Below are positions 11,066 to 20,894 of a stretch of 64,000 nucleotides of DNA, one piece after another; position 1 is the first letter of the stretch; every line of letters starts with the position of its first letter. The stretch lies in the NCBI GenBank assembly GCA_040285745.1, contig JAUFOR010000001.1, forward strand, positions 1,054,001-1,118,000. The letters run 5' to 3'. The translations under genes were made by a program, and so were the position numbers. The DNA comes from Barthelona sp. PCE. Taxonomy: Eukaryota. The notes beneath the pieces are model-generated. The model ran no database searches and was not told where the DNA came from. It saw only the letters and a program-made list of their open reading frames with translations.

Positions 11066-11725
11066 TTACTTCTTATTTTTTCTTATTTCCAGTTCATGAG
11101 AAGTACAAAACTCACCGTTTCTTAATACTGGTAATGGACAACCCTGGTTTGCACAGGGTTTGAAAAGCACCTGTTTTTCATCATTTAATATGTGGAAGTA
11201 ACAAAACGAACTTCCTGGTAATGACGTGTTCATACAAACATTATGCTTGCATTCACATTCAACATCAATGTCAGTGGGTCCCTCTCCTGATAGCCCCACA
11301 CCGTGGTTTGTTTGTAGGTATGTATTCGTTGCAGCCATTCGTTTGTTAGTGGCAGTCCGAAGTTTCATCTTTTGCGCTTTGTAAATCTTTTTCCTACCAT
11401 TATATTTGTGCCGCAGGTAATCCATGTGCGATCTGTGGACTTCATAAACTCGTTTAAGATGTTCATTTCGATAACAACGAAATTGGTCTGCTGTTAGTTG
11501 ATTTTTAGGACTTTTTTTAAGAAATACACCCTGTTTGCCAACAGAAAACAGGGGCTTCATCTCATTTTCCAGTGTGCTTATGATATCATCTTCATCTTCG
11601 AACTCACTATCAGTATCTCCATATTCAAACTCGTTATCTAAAGGCCAATCAACTGTTTTAACCCCGATAGATTCTTCTACATGCTCCACTTCAACGTTTT
11701 CTGCTTTTGGAGCAATAGGCTCCAT
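11066..11725 (-). CDS. zf-C3Hc3H domain protein (KANSL2/INO80D-like)
   Basis: CKHNVCMNTSLPGSSFCYFHILNDEKQVLFKPC...CPLPV...CTSH matches the C3Hc3H pattern. ATG 11725 (MEPIAP) was chosen because ATG 11791 overlaps the divergent neighbour. Confidence 0.8.
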   Translation of the reverse strand: MEPIAPKAENVEVEHVEESIGVKTVDWPLDNEFEYGDTDSEFEDEDDIISTLENEMKPLFSVGKQGVFLKKSPKNQLTADQFRCYRNEHLKRVYEVHRSHMDYLRHKYNGRKKIYKAQKMKLRTATNKRMAATNTYLQTNHGVGLSGEGPTDIDVECECKHNVCMNTSLPGSSFCYFHILNDEKQVLFKPCANQGCPLPVLRNGEFCTSHELEIRKNKK

Positions 11726-11782
11726 TTTGGTAAGAGTGTTATGTAGTAAAACACTTCTTTCCCAGAGTTTTATGTAATATAT

Positions 11783-12655
11783 ATGGGCCAAGTTAAATCA
11801 ATTATTGATAAGTCGCTGGAACCGATTATCGAAGAGCATGAAATCGAAGAAATTGAAGAAATGAGTTTTGACTTTGAGGATTTAATTGAATTAGAATTTT
11901 ATAGTGAGAGTATAGTAATGATAAATAAGGTTTACATTCTATGGCGCGTTGATAAAGATAGAAAAGGATACATTACATATGATGACCTAATCAATTTTGG
12001 TAATTGGGCAAGTATGATTTTCATGGAAACAGTCCCACAATTCTTTGCACAGACTGTCGAGTACAATTGCTTGGTTGAATTCATTGCAGATTTGCGAAGT
12101 AATCAAATTCCGCAGATTATTGATTGGGTGGTGAACGGAATGAAGGAAGGTTTCGTTTCCGAACACGATGACATGGTACCGGTGGAGTGCATCCGTACAT
12201 TGAACGTATTGTTCGATGTTACGTCGAACACAGGATGTACTGAGCAACAACTTGTTGAATTGTTACATATGCATGGTGAGAACAACGCTTTTATGCCCTT
12301 GAACGATGAAGATCTCGACGATTTCGTGCACACATCCTCACTGGAATGGTTTGTAGAGCAATGGATCAACGGGATACTCGCTGGAAGTCAGAACATCTTT
12401 CCTCCATCACGCGATTCCGTTGATAATTCCATCGCTCAGGCGCTATCCACCGTGCCTAGCAGTACAGCTTTCCACAACGATACGCTCCTGTCAGACGAGT
12501 CGTCCTGGCGTGATTCAGTGGATTTTGTGGATTTGTTACCTCAGTCTCAGGTCGATTTGATCTTAGAAGAGACGTTTGAGGTGCTTCCAGAGTGCGAATC
12601 GGACATAGAATTGACTGCATCACCTGTTAGCATTGTTAATCTTAGTACCGATTGA
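11783..12655 (+). CDS. Acidic EF-hand protein, possibly N-myristoylated
   Basis: Canonical EF loop DKDRKGYITYDD; MG start. Confidence 0.7.
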   Translation: MGQVKSIIDKSLEPIIEEHEIEEIEEMSFDFEDLIELEFYSESIVMINKVYILWRVDKDRKGYITYDDLINFGNWASMIFMETVPQFFAQTVEYNCLVEFIADLRSNQIPQIIDWVVNGMKEGFVSEHDDMVPVECIRTLNVLFDVTSNTGCTEQQLVELLHMHGENNAFMPLNDEDLDDFVHTSSLEWFVEQWINGILAGSQNIFPPSRDSVDNSIAQALSTVPSSTAFHNDTLLSDESSWRDSVDFVDLLPQSQVDLILEETFEVLPECESDIELTASPVSIVNLSTD

Positions 12656-13019
12656 GCATGAATTGTGCACTAAAACTAATGTATAAAGCTCGACATTCCA
12701 TCAGTTTAGAGACAGTTCTCAGCCAGAGCATGCACTTGTGCTGGTATCCCGAATTGGATTCAAGTTCGGAAGGCTTGGTGAATGTGAATTTGACATCATG
12801 CGTAGATGCTTCTGTTATTGTAAAGGTTTTTGTCGTTTCGTCGTATGTGAAAGTGGGTGTCAGGTCAAGATTCTGCTCTTCCCAGTGTATAGTTAGAGTA
12901 TTATCAATTGTCGGTTCAAGATTTAGTGTTATTGATTCTGCAGCGTAAACTTCCATTTCCATCAGCTTGATATCCCTAAGTTTTAGAAATTCAACACGTT
13001 GAGCGAAGTTAAGTTCCAT
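12642..13019 (-). CDS. Hypothetical protein
   Basis: 125-aa ATG ORF preceded by the pyrimidine/TTTCA-rich leader typical of genes here; its 3' end overlaps the neighbour by 14 nt. Confidence 0.6.
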   Translation of the reverse strand: MELNFAQRVEFLKLRDIKLMEMEVYAAESITLNLEPTIDNTLTIHWEEQNLDLTPTFTYDETTKTFTITEASTHDVKFTFTKPSELESNSGYQHKCMLWLRTVSKLMECRALYISFSAQFMLNRY

Positions 13020-13183
13020 ATTCTTAAAAAAATATTTGAAAAGAGAGAATATTTGTTAATATATATTTTCTTCCCACATAACTTGTGTATCCGCTATGCA
13101 CTTCGTGCTTGACAGTGTTTTGGATTAAAGATGGTGTTTAAGAGGAATGACACGTTTATTCTTTATTTTTCCGTATCAAACGA

Positions 13184-13867
13184 ATGTCCTTAGCTGTAAA
13201 CCTTACAGAAGAACAGAAAGATCCATTTGGTAATGTTGAAAAGCGTGGATCGATAAATGGTGGCGAGTTAAGAAAGGCACAAATCTATTATTCTTCGAAT
13301 CGATTGATGCCACTCATTGGAATGCTCTTTTTTGGCAGCTTACTGGTCATATCAGCTTTTAAGTTCAGTGTTCTGCACATCTCAATATTTTTCACAAATC
13401 AGGGTGCTTTTTTAATTGTTTTGTATTGTATTCTTAAGTTTATTTACCCAACACGCCCGTTTCACGATTTCTTAACCTATCTAACTGCTTTGGCAACGGT
13501 TATTTCATTGATTTATTGGATTGTTCTCTTCCCTGCTCAAATTAGTGTTGGAGTGAATTTTAATACGTGGTTCTATTATTATAACTTCAGCGCGCATCTC
13601 TTAAATTCAATGTTTTGTTGGAGTGAATACATGCGAATCAGGCCAGATTTTGATTGGACCAGTTATATTCACTTTTCTTTGCCCCACAGTGTATTATATG
13701 AAATGTGGGTCTTATTCTGGTGTCCCCAAGAGCACAACTTCCCATATCCTTTCTTAGACTACGTTAAAAACCCTTTTAATTGGTTAGGGTACCCTCTTTC
13801 ATTTGCAATGGGAGTTTTGGCCTTTTTACCAATGAAGAGAATCGGTCGCGCAGTTAAACGGTACTGA
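13184..13867 (+). CDS. FAR-17a/AIG1/ADTRP-like multipass membrane protein
   Basis: About six hydrophobic segments; FFTNQG (conserved Thr), SAHLLN (conserved His) and PYPFLD motifs. Confidence 0.75.
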   Translation: MSLAVNLTEEQKDPFGNVEKRGSINGGELRKAQIYYSSNRLMPLIGMLFFGSLLVISAFKFSVLHISIFFTNQGAFLIVLYCILKFIYPTRPFHDFLTYLTALATVISLIYWIVLFPAQISVGVNFNTWFYYYNFSAHLLNSMFCWSEYMRIRPDFDWTSYIHFSLPHSVLYEMWVLFWCPQEHNFPYPFLDYVKNPFNWLGYPLSFAMGVLAFLPMKRIGRAVKRY

Positions 13868-14416
13868 TCACAGCGGTGTGCGCAGGCGTTTCCGCTTTTC
13901 TTGAGTCTTGTTCCATAGTAAATCAAATTCATCAGTCGTTTTCCGAGGCGGAGTCATTTCTTCAAGCTTCTTTGAGGGTGTGAATAATTGTACACGGTTT
14001 CTTTTCCGTCTCTTGGGAGATTTACGTCTTTTTGGGCTTTTCTTGACTGTTGATTTGTGTTTTTGAGCAAGAGGTGATAACGAACTTGGTTTTGTGATCG
14101 TGAATCGCTTCTTCCTGGGGGTAGGATCTAACACAATATGGTGCATTGGTGCGGGTGACATTGAAATACCCTTTTGAAGTTGAAATGGAAGCGACAAATC
14201 ATAAATTTTATCCTCGTCTAATTTTTCAGGAGTGTTATGGTCTATATCGACAATTTCAAGCTTAAATCCCCCCAATTGAAGTTCCCGTTGAGGTAGCGTG
14301 GGAAGAATGAATGCATCGAAATCAAATCGTTGTAGGAGGTACGCTTCGTCCCATACATCTATGTCCCTCTCATCTTCGCACTCAAATTGATCGTCTTGCA
14401 CACATTTAAATGCCAT
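13868..14416 (-). CDS. Hypothetical protein with a basic SP/TP-rich C-terminus
   Basis: 182-aa ATG ORF with KKSPKRRKSPKRRKR (NLS/CDK-site-like); its stop abuts the neighbour's stop (TGATCA). Confidence 0.65.
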   Translation of the reverse strand: MAFKCVQDDQFECEDERDIDVWDEAYLLQRFDFDAFILPTLPQRELQLGGFKLEIVDIDHNTPEKLDEDKIYDLSLPFQLQKGISMSPAPMHHIVLDPTPRKKRFTITKPSSLSPLAQKHKSTVKKSPKRRKSPKRRKRNRVQLFTPSKKLEEMTPPRKTTDEFDLLWNKTQEKRKRLRTPL

Positions 14417-14475
14417 ATGCTCATCGAAAGGATGATAAATCGTTTTTCAACCCATTTCTGTAATTGACACAGCAT

Positions 14476-16029
14476 ATGAATTCGAATTACGTGACCGAGC
14501 TCTCGGTAGGGCTGGTAAGAGAGTTTTTAAAACGAAGGGGAATGTCTCACACTCTTTTAGCTTTAGAAGAAGAGGTGCCTCGTACAGAGGAAACAATCAC
14601 CTCAAGGAGCACAATTTTGCATAACCTACACCTCCAAAAGGCATATCAACGAAATAAGGAGAGAGAAGCACCTCTATCCTCTATTCTTGAGATATTTGTT
14701 GAAAAAACATATCAGAAACGAAGCAAGCAGGCAGCACCACAGCGCACCGTCAAGGAGCAAAAGACAACCTTCCGCCCTGGTACAGCTCCAGAAAAGGCAC
14801 TTCAAATTCGTTCATTGACAAAGAACACAGAGCCAGAAGCAGGGTTTCTGTCAAACAACGACGTGTTGAGCAAGTTAAGGCGGAAGCCAACAACTGTTGA
14901 CGATACTGAACGACCCCCGTCGAGACAAGCAAGAAAGAGACCAGACTCATCGCTTGTCATTCAGCCAATCGACGATGAGGAATATTCACTGAGCCCAATC
15001 AAGGAAATCAGTAGTACTTTTGACAAGTACAGTTACATGAAAATTGAGGGCACACCTTTGACAATCGAGTTACACGAACGACTCGGTGTATTGCTGTTTG
15101 GACGATACGAGATGAACAGAGCATTTCACGACAGCTGGCGCCAGGGGTTCTTCTTTTACGACGATACAGAAAATGAAGTGTTTGGATTGCGTCAGTTTAA
15201 TGGAGGACCATGTGCAATTTTAGCAGCTATTCAAGCACGTATCATAATGTTGTTGCGCAAGGAAGGCGTGTCTCTTGACGAGTGTACTAGAAAAGAGGTT
15301 AGGGAAGCACTCGTTCAGGCAATGGCTGAAACTTTGGTGAGATGTGATGGAGAGCTTGTTCTAATTGTACCACGCGGAAAAGTTCCATTCATGGGATTTG
15401 AATTCTCATCCCTGGACGCTACAGAGCCGGATTTTGATGTTTACAGAGCTGATAACAAGAAGCAATTAATCAATGTAATCAATCGATTTATTATGCGTTT
15501 CATGGAACCTAAAGGTGCTGGCGTTGTTTCCTTCGTCCTAAGCATGCTCCTATCACGTGGTATTAGTCAGATTAACACAGATCTTGGGTTTCAAGCAGAG
15601 GATCCCCTAATTGCAAAGTGGGGTCAGGCCTCACAACCCCTGATTAACTTGGTTCTTTCAGGTCGCGCGGCCGTGGACGTGTGTAATGGGGACAGGAACC
15701 TTGATGGCCTAACGTTCAGCGGAATTACAGAGTATAACGATATTGGGTTTTTCAGCGATTATGACTTCTTTAATCATCAGCGTATTGGAACATATCTAAA
15801 GAACCCATTGAACAAGATATGGATCGTTTTGTCTGAGGCACATATTACAGTTTTTTATTTGATCACAGAAACAGAGGAAATGATACGAATAGGTCATTAC
15901 GACCAAATGATAGGAACTTCAAGCTATTATATCGTCAACAAGGAGGAGGCTCCGCGTGCCACAGATAGCATGAGTATGTTTGAGAAACTTTTGTCAGGTA
16001 AATTTAAGGCCGAAGTTAGAATGGTGTAA
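14476..16029 (+). CDS. MINDY4: MINDY-3/4 family deubiquitinase (MINDY4/FAM188B-like)
   Basis: GLRQFNGGPCAILAAIQA catalytic Cys motif, IWIVLSEAHITV His motif and N-terminal LVREFLKRRG as in MINDY4. Confidence 0.85.
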   Translation: MNSNYVTELSVGLVREFLKRRGMSHTLLALEEEVPRTEETITSRSTILHNLHLQKAYQRNKEREAPLSSILEIFVEKTYQKRSKQAAPQRTVKEQKTTFRPGTAPEKALQIRSLTKNTEPEAGFLSNNDVLSKLRRKPTTVDDTERPPSRQARKRPDSSLVIQPIDDEEYSLSPIKEISSTFDKYSYMKIEGTPLTIELHERLGVLLFGRYEMNRAFHDSWRQGFFFYDDTENEVFGLRQFNGGPCAILAAIQARIIMLLRKEGVSLDECTRKEVREALVQAMAETLVRCDGELVLIVPRGKVPFMGFEFSSLDATEPDFDVYRADNKKQLINVINRFIMRFMEPKGAGVVSFVLSMLLSRGISQINTDLGFQAEDPLIAKWGQASQPLINLVLSGRAAVDVCNGDRNLDGLTFSGITEYNDIGFFSDYDFFNHQRIGTYLKNPLNKIWIVLSEAHITVFYLITETEEMIRIGHYDQMIGTSSYYIVNKEEAPRATDSMSMFEKLLSGKFKAEVRMV

Positions 16030-16269
16030 ATGTGTTGTAGTGAAAGAATTATACTTTTTTGCTTAAAATTTGTGAGTCTGTCCACATGATGATAATATAA
16101 AGAGCATGTAGAGTTGTCTTTAAGTTTTTCAATATTCTCTCATATTATTTCTTGATTTCATGTAACTTATTCACAGAAACTCTTTAGACATCTGAAATAG
16201 TAAAGCCTCCAGCACGTCAGAAAGATAGAACAAGTGTTTTCTTCTTTTTTTCCTTTACGGTGTTTTGTT

Positions 16270-18723
16270 ATGATTACGCCTCCTAATTTTTATATTGACC
16301 CCGAAATCGCACCTGATTCGATCAAAAGGGCCTTGGTTGAAGTACTGAAAACTTGGACATCGAGGGTTCCAGTGAATATTGCCTCAGAAAAGCATTCAAT
16401 TCACATTCGGTTCAGGCAAATTGTGAACCCCATCGAAAGCAGTTACGGATTCCTTCGAGTTTCAAAGGATTTCATCTTTATGGAGGAGAATGAAGAAGAA
16501 AATTTACCGAGTTTATTAGTTGAATTCGTCAATCTAGTAGATGCCATGCGCGGCGTTGCCATGATTGTGGGCTACACCTGTCCTAATCTAGCCTATTGTG
16601 AGGAGCAGCCAGTTTTCTTGGCTAGTTCAGGTGGAAAGACATCTTATACAACGGAGATTCCCAACTACGACGCAGACACGATGCATGCTATCGAGGACCA
16701 GGAGTGGGAACTTGATGAGCCGAATAGATTCTTTTTTGAAAGTTTTACAAGTATTGTACAGAATTGTTACGTTCAAGACCGATCAGTTTTTTTGGATTGC
16801 AGCTCAAACGGTATCCCACGGATGTCATATCTGCGCTTCGTGGTCCGGTCCATCAGTATGATGGGTCTTAACAGATTATATTTATATATTCAAAACGCCG
16901 TTGAGATTAGTCGCCCAATGCATGACGTTGAGGATGATGACTTTGATTTCTTCAATTACGCACGTTGTGGATATCGTTTTGATGAGCTGAAGAAGTTCGA
17001 TGAGTACGCTAGAGTCTTTGGAATTGAGGTTGTACCAGCCATGAATGTTCTTGGTGACATGCAGAATTTCCTGCAATATCCGCAAAACCAGCGTTTCAAG
17101 GACACGAGTTCAATTCTGTGCTGTGATGATCCTGATGTTCACAACTTTATTGCCCGTCTTCTTAAACTCGTATCTGGTTGTTTTAAGACTGAGCTCTTCC
17201 ATATTTGCCTCAGTGATGCTATTGAGCTCGGTACGGGTAACTATAGGCTGAAATACTCCGACAGGAATATTTGTCGTGTTTTTCTTCGTCAGCTGCAGTC
17301 GATATATGATATCTGCCGATCGTTAAACATTCGCCCTCTCATCTGGTCAGATATGCTGTTAAGGCTCAACAGTGTATTCTTCGACTACTATGATGCGAAT
17401 TTTAAACTGCCTGCATTTGCCACCGAGTTTATTCCGGAGGATATCTCCATTGCTCTGTTTGACTACATCCACACCGATGAAGCCAAATACGATCAACTTG
17501 TGAAAAGACACGTTAGTCTGCTGGAACACGTTAAGACGGCTGCGAACACAAACGCGAGGACGGCGTCGACAGGGCCGGCAACCCCGCATGAACCTCGTAT
17601 GAAGATTGAGGCATCAGAGACAGCAGAATTCATGCAGCCTGTCGCTCACGATTCAAGACCTAAACGCAAGAGGAAGCAACGGGTCGACTATACAGCGCTT
17701 CCGATCGACGCATGCGAGCGTATCTCAGCCAACCTGCAGATGATGAGGAACGAGCTGGATCCATGGGTTCGATCAAGACTCGCTGTTAGTACCACAATAT
17801 GGAGTTACGCGAGGATGTGGACAGATATGACACAGAGCATAAGGTGCATCGCGGCGATGATGGCATCAGCAAAAAGTAACGATGTGAGGGAGACGATAGC
17901 ATGCATTTTCTTTGATGATGGAACGGAAGTAGACCCTTTTAGTGCACTTCCACCGTTGCAATATTATGCAGATAGCTGCTACAACATCAATGTCCCGCTT
18001 AATCGGCTGGGTTTGAACTTTTGGGGAAGCGTTAACGCGAATTGGGAGCACTTTTTCAAGGCTGAGACACTTGATAGAGTTTCTGTGCTGGAGAACGCTA
18101 TCGAAGCTAACAGTAACAATCTTTCAAAATTTCTTCTGTGGGAGGATCCCATTCTTAGCGTGTTACAGCCGCAAGTTGACCAGGTTGACCTCTCCACGGT
18201 TTTCAGCAGTTTGTCCGACAGTTTGTTTGCCTACTCTAAGGATGACTCTTATCTACTGAGCGCCAGGCTTGCACTGCCATCACGTCTAGCGCACGTGCTC
18301 GCACTCAAAGTCGAATTACAGAAAGAGTTGCGAAAGGCTTATGATGAGTATACACGTCGGCGGGAGGATCTCCCGAACCGAGATGCTGATGTCGTCAGTA
18401 GGAAGCTCCTCACTCGTTTCCTGAAGGACATTGATACACTGGTCAACAACATCGAGAGTTTGTGGCGCCTGCATCATAATATGTTCCTTGATGTATTCAG
18501 ACCATGTGGTTTGGAGTGCCTTGAGGTGCGATACGGAGGGCTCATCATTCGTCTCCGTTCGTTAAAGATGCGCTTACAGCAGTTCATTGAGGGGGGAGTT
18601 GATTCCCTTGACGAACTGGGTTTCAAGCGCAGAAAAGTGTACCCGGGTTCTGATAACCAGCTACCTTTTCTCAATTACAGACAATGTACTACTTCGTTTA
18701 TTGGCCGCTGGTACTCAACCTAG
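16270..18723 (+). CDS. Glycoside hydrolase family 20 (GcnA/HexD-like) protein with degenerate active-site motifs
   Basis: FLDCSSNG, MGLNRLYLY, YARVFGIEVVP, FHICLSDA, PLIWSDML, SKFLLWEDP and GLECLEVRYGGL follow the GcnA-type GH20 layout. First ATG at 16270. Confidence 0.85.
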   Translation: MITPPNFYIDPEIAPDSIKRALVEVLKTWTSRVPVNIASEKHSIHIRFRQIVNPIESSYGFLRVSKDFIFMEENEEENLPSLLVEFVNLVDAMRGVAMIVGYTCPNLAYCEEQPVFLASSGGKTSYTTEIPNYDADTMHAIEDQEWELDEPNRFFFESFTSIVQNCYVQDRSVFLDCSSNGIPRMSYLRFVVRSISMMGLNRLYLYIQNAVEISRPMHDVEDDDFDFFNYARCGYRFDELKKFDEYARVFGIEVVPAMNVLGDMQNFLQYPQNQRFKDTSSILCCDDPDVHNFIARLLKLVSGCFKTELFHICLSDAIELGTGNYRLKYSDRNICRVFLRQLQSIYDICRSLNIRPLIWSDMLLRLNSVFFDYYDANFKLPAFATEFIPEDISIALFDYIHTDEAKYDQLVKRHVSLLEHVKTAANTNARTASTGPATPHEPRMKIEASETAEFMQPVAHDSRPKRKRKQRVDYTALPIDACERISANLQMMRNELDPWVRSRLAVSTTIWSYARMWTDMTQSIRCIAAMMASAKSNDVRETIACIFFDDGTEVDPFSALPPLQYYADSCYNINVPLNRLGLNFWGSVNANWEHFFKAETLDRVSVLENAIEANSNNLSKFLLWEDPILSVLQPQVDQVDLSTVFSSLSDSLFAYSKDDSYLLSARLALPSRLAHVLALKVELQKELRKAYDEYTRRREDLPNRDADVVSRKLLTRFLKDIDTLVNNIESLWRLHHNMFLDVFRPCGLECLEVRYGGLIIRLRSLKMRLQQFIEGGVDSLDELGFKRRKVYPGSDNQLPFLNYRQCTTSFIGRWYST

Positions 18724-19933
18724 TGAGAGTAGCCATGATACGGTTGAAGAATTTTGAAATATCAGCGCCTTCTTTTGATATTGCGATTGTGCTAGTTTTT
18801 TTAGTGGATAATACACCACCACCCATTCTAACCATCATTTTCAGATCGTCAACGATTGGATTCTTATTTGCAATATATACACGTTCTCCTTCAAGTGCGT
18901 TGCATTGTCCTACGTATTCCATGTGGTGAACTGTGTCATCCCCAGTGAGAACATTCACAACAACTTCGTCATCGTTTGGAGCATCTAATATTCCTGAGCT
19001 GGAGCATCGGCGCAGGTAGTCGACTGTAACGATAGGGATTCCTTGTAGAAGAGCCTTCATTACTTTAGTTGAACGTGGAACATTTTCCGCTGAGGTGATT
19101 AGCATTTCGATGGAATCGTCGTGAACATCTGCATTAGTAATTTCAAACATTTCAGTAAATAGATTAACATCTTTGAAGTCCTCTACTGAAACGTTTGTGC
19201 AGCAAACTACTTGGAGTGCAAAGACTTCATCCTCAACTACAGGCGCAGTTTCTTCAACTACAGGCTCTACAGCTACAGGCTCTTCTTCTTCCTCTGCAAC
19301 TACTACTTCTTCTTGCACAACTTCTTCTTCAGCAATCTCTTCATCATCATCAGACACGATCTCCTCCATAACATCCTCCTCCTCCTTTGGCGGTAATTTA
19401 ATGTCATCCAGGGGCAGGATAGGCTCTTGTGTGTATATTTCTGGATCCAACTCTTCCTCAGTTTGTGACTTCAACAAATACTTTTGTCGTGCCTTTTTCT
19501 TTGCAATAGGATCGCCTGCCAACGACATACTGATGTCAGGGAGCTCTTTGCTGACTTTTTGGTGCTTTAACGGTGTCTTCCAACGATTTTCAGCTCGTCG
19601 ACTACGAGTGGGTTGATGAGGTAACAAACTTGGTGTGATCTCTGTGCTGAGCCCTAATAGCTCAGCATCCCGTTTCTTGAGATACGCAAAAAGGTCCTTA
19701 CATGCATTCAATATCTCAAGCAATGATGTACTACGGTTAATTTCTCGATGATTTATGGTTGCATTACAAAGAGAACATTTATGTTGAGATTTAGCCATCT
19801 GCTCGGCACAATCTCTGCAGAATACATGCCCACAACGAAGAACTGTTGGATCGTTCATTGTAGATCGACATATTGCGCATCTTAAACAATCTTTAAGTTT
19901 CTTAGCCTCAGCACTGTTAAAAAGTGACTCCAT
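18698..19933 (-). CDS. RING + BRCT protein (BRCA1/BARD1-like architecture)
   Basis: C3HC4 RING CAIC...CGHVFCRDC...CSLC at the N-terminus, an acidic linker, then BRCT motif RSTKVMKALLQGIPIVTVDYL and a partial second BRCT. Confidence 0.78.
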   Translation of the reverse strand: MESLFNSAEAKKLKDCLRCAICRSTMNDPTVLRCGHVFCRDCAEQMAKSQHKCSLCNATINHREINRSTSLLEILNACKDLFAYLKKRDAELLGLSTEITPSLLPHQPTRSRRAENRWKTPLKHQKVSKELPDISMSLAGDPIAKKKARQKYLLKSQTEEELDPEIYTQEPILPLDDIKLPPKEEEDVMEEIVSDDDEEIAEEEVVQEEVVVAEEEEEPVAVEPVVEETAPVVEDEVFALQVVCCTNVSVEDFKDVNLFTEMFEITNADVHDDSIEMLITSAENVPRSTKVMKALLQGIPIVTVDYLRRCSSSGILDAPNDDEVVVNVLTGDDTVHHMEYVGQCNALEGERVYIANKNPIVDDLKMMVRMGGGVLSTKKTSTIAISKEGADISKFFNRIMATLTRLSTSGQ

Positions 19934-20150
19934 TGCCCAATAAATCGCGACTACAAAGTTATAGGTTTCTGAAAATGGTGAGAATTGGATTTACAAGCAC
20001 TTTGGAAAGCGAAACCTTTACGTTTATCTGTAAACATGGGGTGGGACAATTTCATGTCATACAATGCAACACAGATCGGAATTTTTATGACTAAAACCAA
20101 ACTTTCTGTCGTGTTTTTAGTTTTTCATCTCATTTTCAAATTGTAGGGTC

Positions 20151-20865
20151 ATGTCAGGTAATCAATACGCTGGGTACTCAGATGTATGCTCAATTCAGGT
20201 GCGTAAGACCTTCTAACATTTAGTTAACATGTATTCCTGTTACACTTAAATACGCTCGTGAAATCATCACAAAGCGGCAGAGCACAGTCTTCGGGGCAAG
20301 CGTGCACAACTTCAGCGTCATAGGGGCTATGAGGGGAAAGTATGAGGAGGAGAGCTCCTACATTGTCGGTGTTGAGGATGGCACAGCATTTCTCTCGATA
20401 GTTCTCCCCATCACATATGACGAGACAGAGATGCCACTTCAACCAGGCAACTGGTATCGGTTTATTGGAACACTGAGGGATGAATGTCTTTATGCTGATC
20501 ATCTTAAGGTTGTTGCTTCACCCAACGAGATTATCTCACACTTTCTGGAGTGTGCCAGTTTGTACAAGTCTCACTTCGAAGGCGGTTCTATGAGCACAGG
20601 TATGCAGCCTGTAACCTCACAAATGCGCACCACAGCTTCATCAATGCAGGGCCAGACTGCAGCAGCAGCAACAGCCGACAGCGAGAAGCGGGTGCTCACA
20701 TACCTGCAACAGAAGAATGATAGTAATGGTATCAGTGCGCACGAGCTTGTTCGTGAATTAGGACTTACAATGGCAGAAATAACTCGGTTGGGTGATCAGT
20801 TGGAGTCACAGGGTGAGATTTGGATCAACAGAGATGATGATACAGTTGAGTTCTTCCCATTATAA
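20151..20865 (+). CDS. RPA2: Replication protein A 32-kDa subunit; exons 20151-20183 and 20224-20865
   Basis: The spliced product has IPVTLK, EDGT, YRFIGTL and NEIISHFLEC (OB fold) plus a C-terminal winged helix (GISAHEL...GEIW...DDD). Confidence 0.82.
20184..20223 (+). other. Spliceosomal intron, 40 nt, phase 0
   Basis: GTATGC...TCTAACATTTAG; removal joins ATG 20151 in frame to the RPA2 ORF. Confidence 0.9.
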
Positions 20866-20894
20866 TGATAGTAAATCGAAATTAATAACAAAAT

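Noticed and set aside
16086-16195. ATGATGA...CTGA pair resembling a box C/D snoRNA
   Set aside because: No terminal stem, a very AT-rich interior and only a short possible rRNA complement; compatible with chance.
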